This document shows, piece by piece, positions 23,334 through 25,385 of a DNA stretch of 25,385 nt; positions within the stretch are counted from its first letter, which is position 1, and every line of letters begins with the position of its first letter. The notes under the pieces are model-generated. The model did not search any database. It was given only the letters and a program-made list of their open reading frames with translations, and was not told the origin of the DNA. Source of the DNA: Chlamydiota bacterium (GTDB lineage: Bacteria > Auribacterota > JACPWU01); contig JACPWU010000015.1 in NCBI GenBank assembly GCA_016196885.1, positions 1 through 25,385 on the forward strand, given 5' to 3'. The translations under genes were made by a program, and so were the position numbers.

Positions 23334-24158
23334 ATGGCGGACGAGATCAAGGTGGGAGTGGCGGGGATCATTGCGGTGTTATTGATTGTGTTTGGCGCTC
23401 TTTTTATCCGGGTGAAATTAATTGAGGATGGAGAGGCTGGCGTCAAATTTAGGCTTGGGAAAATTCAAGAAGAGGCGGTAGGTACAGGCTGGAATTTTTA
23501 TCTCTTCATGTTTACCCGAATCGAAAAGTGGAATATCAAAACTCAAGAGTTGAAAGAAACTGCCAATGTTCCTTCTTCCGAAGGCTTGATTTCAACTTTA
23601 GATATTTCCGTTCTTTTTTATACACCCAAGGAAAATGTGACGAAAATCAGGCGAGCCATTGGACAAAATTATGTCTCAACGGTGGTAGAGCCTTATGTGA
23701 GGGAGTCCATTCGAAACATTGCCAGCGGCTATCAGGTGAAGGCCCTGTACAGTGAGGAAGGGAGAAAGGAAGTCAGTAGCAAGATGTTGGACTTTCTAAG
23801 AAGTAAATTGGAAGAAAAGGGAATTATTGTTCAAGACGTTCTTTTGAGAGATGTCCGGCTTCCTCCTGCATTTCTCGAAAGCATCGAAAGAAAGTTAAAG
23901 ACGGAACAAGAATCTTTGCAAAAGGAATTCGAACTGATCAAAGCGAAGAAGGATGCAGAGATCGAAGTGGCTCGAGCCAGAGGGGTGGCCAAAAGCAATC
24001 GCATCATTGCAAAAAGTGTGGATGCCAATTATCTTCGCTATGTTTGGGTTAAAGGATTGGCAACGCCGAACACTTCCGTGGTTTATGTTCCTACTGAAGC
24101 AAACTTGCCGATATTGGAGAGTCAAAGATGGAACGAAGAACGTCAAAAAGGAAGTTGA
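23334..24158 (+). CDS. SPFH/Band 7 (prohibitin-family) membrane protein
   Basis: An N-terminal TM helix (VGVAGIIAVLLIVFGALFI) is followed by an SPFH core (GEAGVKFRLGKIQ ... VPSSEGLISTLDISVLFY ... VQDVLLRDVRLPPAF) and a coiled-coil tail. AAGGAG lies 7 nt upstream of ATG 23334. The ORF is open from TTG 23307. Confidence 0.88.
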   Translation: MADEIKVGVAGIIAVLLIVFGALFIRVKLIEDGEAGVKFRLGKIQEEAVGTGWNFYLFMFTRIEKWNIKTQELKETANVPSSEGLISTLDISVLFYTPKENVTKIRRAIGQNYVSTVVEPYVRESIRNIASGYQVKALYSEEGRKEVSSKMLDFLRSKLEEKGIIVQDVLLRDVRLPPAFLESIERKLKTEQESLQKEFELIKAKKDAEIEVARARGVAKSNRIIAKSVDANYLRYVWVKGLATPNTSVVYVPTEANLPILESQRWNEERQKGS

Positions 24159-24331
24159 ATATACATTATCTAGCCGGGTTTATTGATGACGAGGGTTGTA
24201 TTATAGTGTTTATGCGAATAATAATTAAAAAATGACAATCAAAATTTGTAGAGTTTCCTCAAAATTCAAGTTGACTTTGTATTCCAAATGGGATACAATT
24301 TTCTGTAATCTTAAGATGGGAGGTGATGGCC

Positions 24332-24592
24332 ATGTCCAGAACTGCAATGATTCGCGCAAGGACAGAAAGCTATCTAAAGAACGCTGTTGAGAGAATTCTC
24401 CATACGTTGGGTTTATCCGCTTCTGATGCAATTAATCTTTTCTATCGTCAAATCGAACTTCAGAAGGGGCTTCCTTTTGATGTTAAAATCCCTAATCGAG
24501 CTACCCTGAGGGCCGTGAAAGATGTGCAGAAAAAACATAGACTGACCCGTGCCAGAGATGCCAAGGATATGTTTAAGAAGTTAGGGATATAG
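24332..24592 (+). CDS. dinJ: Type II antitoxin, RelB/DinJ family
   Basis: The sequence IRARTESYLKNAVERILHTLGLSASDAINLFYRQIELQKGLPFDVKIP matches the DinJ/RelB RHH antitoxin pattern. GGAGG lies at 24319-24323. Alternative starts are 24323 and 24326. Confidence 0.88.
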   Translation: MSRTAMIRARTESYLKNAVERILHTLGLSASDAINLFYRQIELQKGLPFDVKIPNRATLRAVKDVQKKHRLTRARDAKDMFKKLGI

Positions 24593-24597
24593 GCGAG

Positions 24598-24867
24598 ATG
24601 CTATCTCCCTTCTACTCCAGTCAATTTGAACGAGATGTCAAACGCCTGAAGAAGCGAGGAAAAGATCTTGCAAAATTAGAGGAAATGGTCACTCTTTTGA
24701 TTCAACAACAAAAATTGCCACTCAGGAATAAAGATCACACACTTCAGGAAAGCCTTCGTGATTTTAGGGAATGCCATATCGAACCTGATTGGCTTTTGAT
24801 TTACAAAATAAGTACAGAAGGGATCTATTTCACAAGATCAGGATCCCATTCTGATCTGTTTCGATAA
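24598..24867 (+). CDS. yafQ: Type II toxin, YafQ family mRNA interferase (RelE/ParE superfamily)
   Basis: 89 aa. Motifs FERDVKRLKKRGKDL, NKDHTLQ, RECHIEPDWLLIYKI and TRSGSHSDLF are YafQ hallmarks. It starts 5 nt after the dinJ stop. Confidence 0.9.
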   Translation: MLSPFYSSQFERDVKRLKKRGKDLAKLEEMVTLLIQQQKLPLRNKDHTLQESLRDFRECHIEPDWLLIYKISTEGIYFTRSGSHSDLFR

Positions 24868-24904
24868 AAAGGAGAGGAACGTAAAAAAAAGGGGGGATGT
24901 GAAC

Positions 24905-25385
24905 ATGTTCATCAAAATATCAAGGCTATGGGTTATTTTTAGCTGTATCGCTTGTGCATTCGCATTCGGGGATATCCCCCAAAAGATCAACTATCAAGGC
25001 AAACTCACAGACCTAAGCGGTATCGGGGTTGAAGACGGGAGTTACGCCATGAAATTTGCGTTATATGATGGTGAAACAAGCGGCACTCTTCTCTGGTAAG
25101 AAGAATGGTCGAGCGATGCAGCAACTGACAAAATCGCAACATCCGGCATATCGGCCGAAAAGATTACATCGGGCCTGATAGACACAACCCACATCAACTG
25201 GGCCTCACCGGGTGATATCGGGACCACAACGCCTGCAAACGGATATTTTGAAGCATTAGACGTCAATGGAACCGTCACAGCCACGGCCTTTGTCGGAGAC
25301 GGGTCAGGATTGACAGGGCTCACTGAGGAAAGCTGTTATTGGACACAAAGCGGCAGCGACATTTATTATAACTCTGGCAATGTTG
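24905..25385 (+). pseudogene. Secreted tail-fibre-like surface protein, interrupted by an in-frame TAA (3-prime partial at window end)
   Basis: Segment 1 (24905-25099) has a signal peptide (MFIKISRLWVIFSCIACAFA) and then IPQKINYQGKLTD..GVEDGSYAMKFALYDGETSGTLLW. After TAA at 25097-25099 the same frame stays open to 25385. It encodes EEWSSD...[25 protein letters not shown]...[16 protein letters not shown]...[16 protein letters not shown], typical of tail-fibre-domain proteins. Relatives, as I recall them, read LW-S/T-E at this point, so a single TCA to TAA change is plausible. Confidence 0.55.

Noticed and set aside
25097-25099. In-frame TAA as evidence for an alternative genetic code or programmed recoding
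   Set aside because: TAA terminates several well-defined genes in this window (for example vapC, dcd, DUF2207, lpxK) at the expected protein lengths. No other gene shows in-frame stops. A point mutation or sequencing error is more parsimonious.
25042-25323. 93-aa ORF on the minus strand
   Set aside because: It is antisense to the tail-fibre-like reading frame, which carries clear family motifs. Shadow ORF.

Overview
A 25.4-kb chromosomal segment from a diderm bacterium, with moderate GC, the standard genetic code and Shine-Dalgarno-type RBSs. The lineage is probably uncultivated; Omnitrophota-like is only a guess from protein flavour. The core content is cell envelope. It holds tolA-tolB-pal followed by a coiled-coil LysM lipoprotein and ccdA, a LemA/DUF2207 pair, and housekeeping dcd next to an intact but catalytically gutted ATP-cone/NrdD-like ORF. 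It also holds a CslA-type GT2 synthase and an LPS lipid A/inner-core block. That block is lpxK, an LpxL-type acyltransferase fused to an ELM1/DUF1022 domain, a GT4-GT9 fusion, and two more GT9 heptosyltransferase-like genes. The accessory content is intact vapBC and dinJ-yafQ TA pairs, a decayed Phd-like/PIN remnant, a decayed COG1373 (DUF4143) ATPase, an STI1/DP-repeat protein, an SPFH protein, and a tail-fibre-like surface protein interrupted by an in-frame TAA. I saw no rRNA, tRNA, CRISPR array or transposase gene. The most unusual signal is in the non-coding DNA. Nearly every intergenic spacer is built from short tandem words of 7 or 8 nt, often arranged as two opposed arrays that fold into long hairpins, and several word families recur at distant loci. 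In addition there is a roughly 180-bp long-hairpin element in two copies, one wedged exactly between two convergent stop codons with 20-bp perfect terminal inverted repeats. A third long palindrome has a related apical loop, and a G-rich REP-like double-hairpin module occurs in two copies. All coordinates and repeat counts were derived by hand from the sequence. All family assignments rest on motif recognition, not on database searches.
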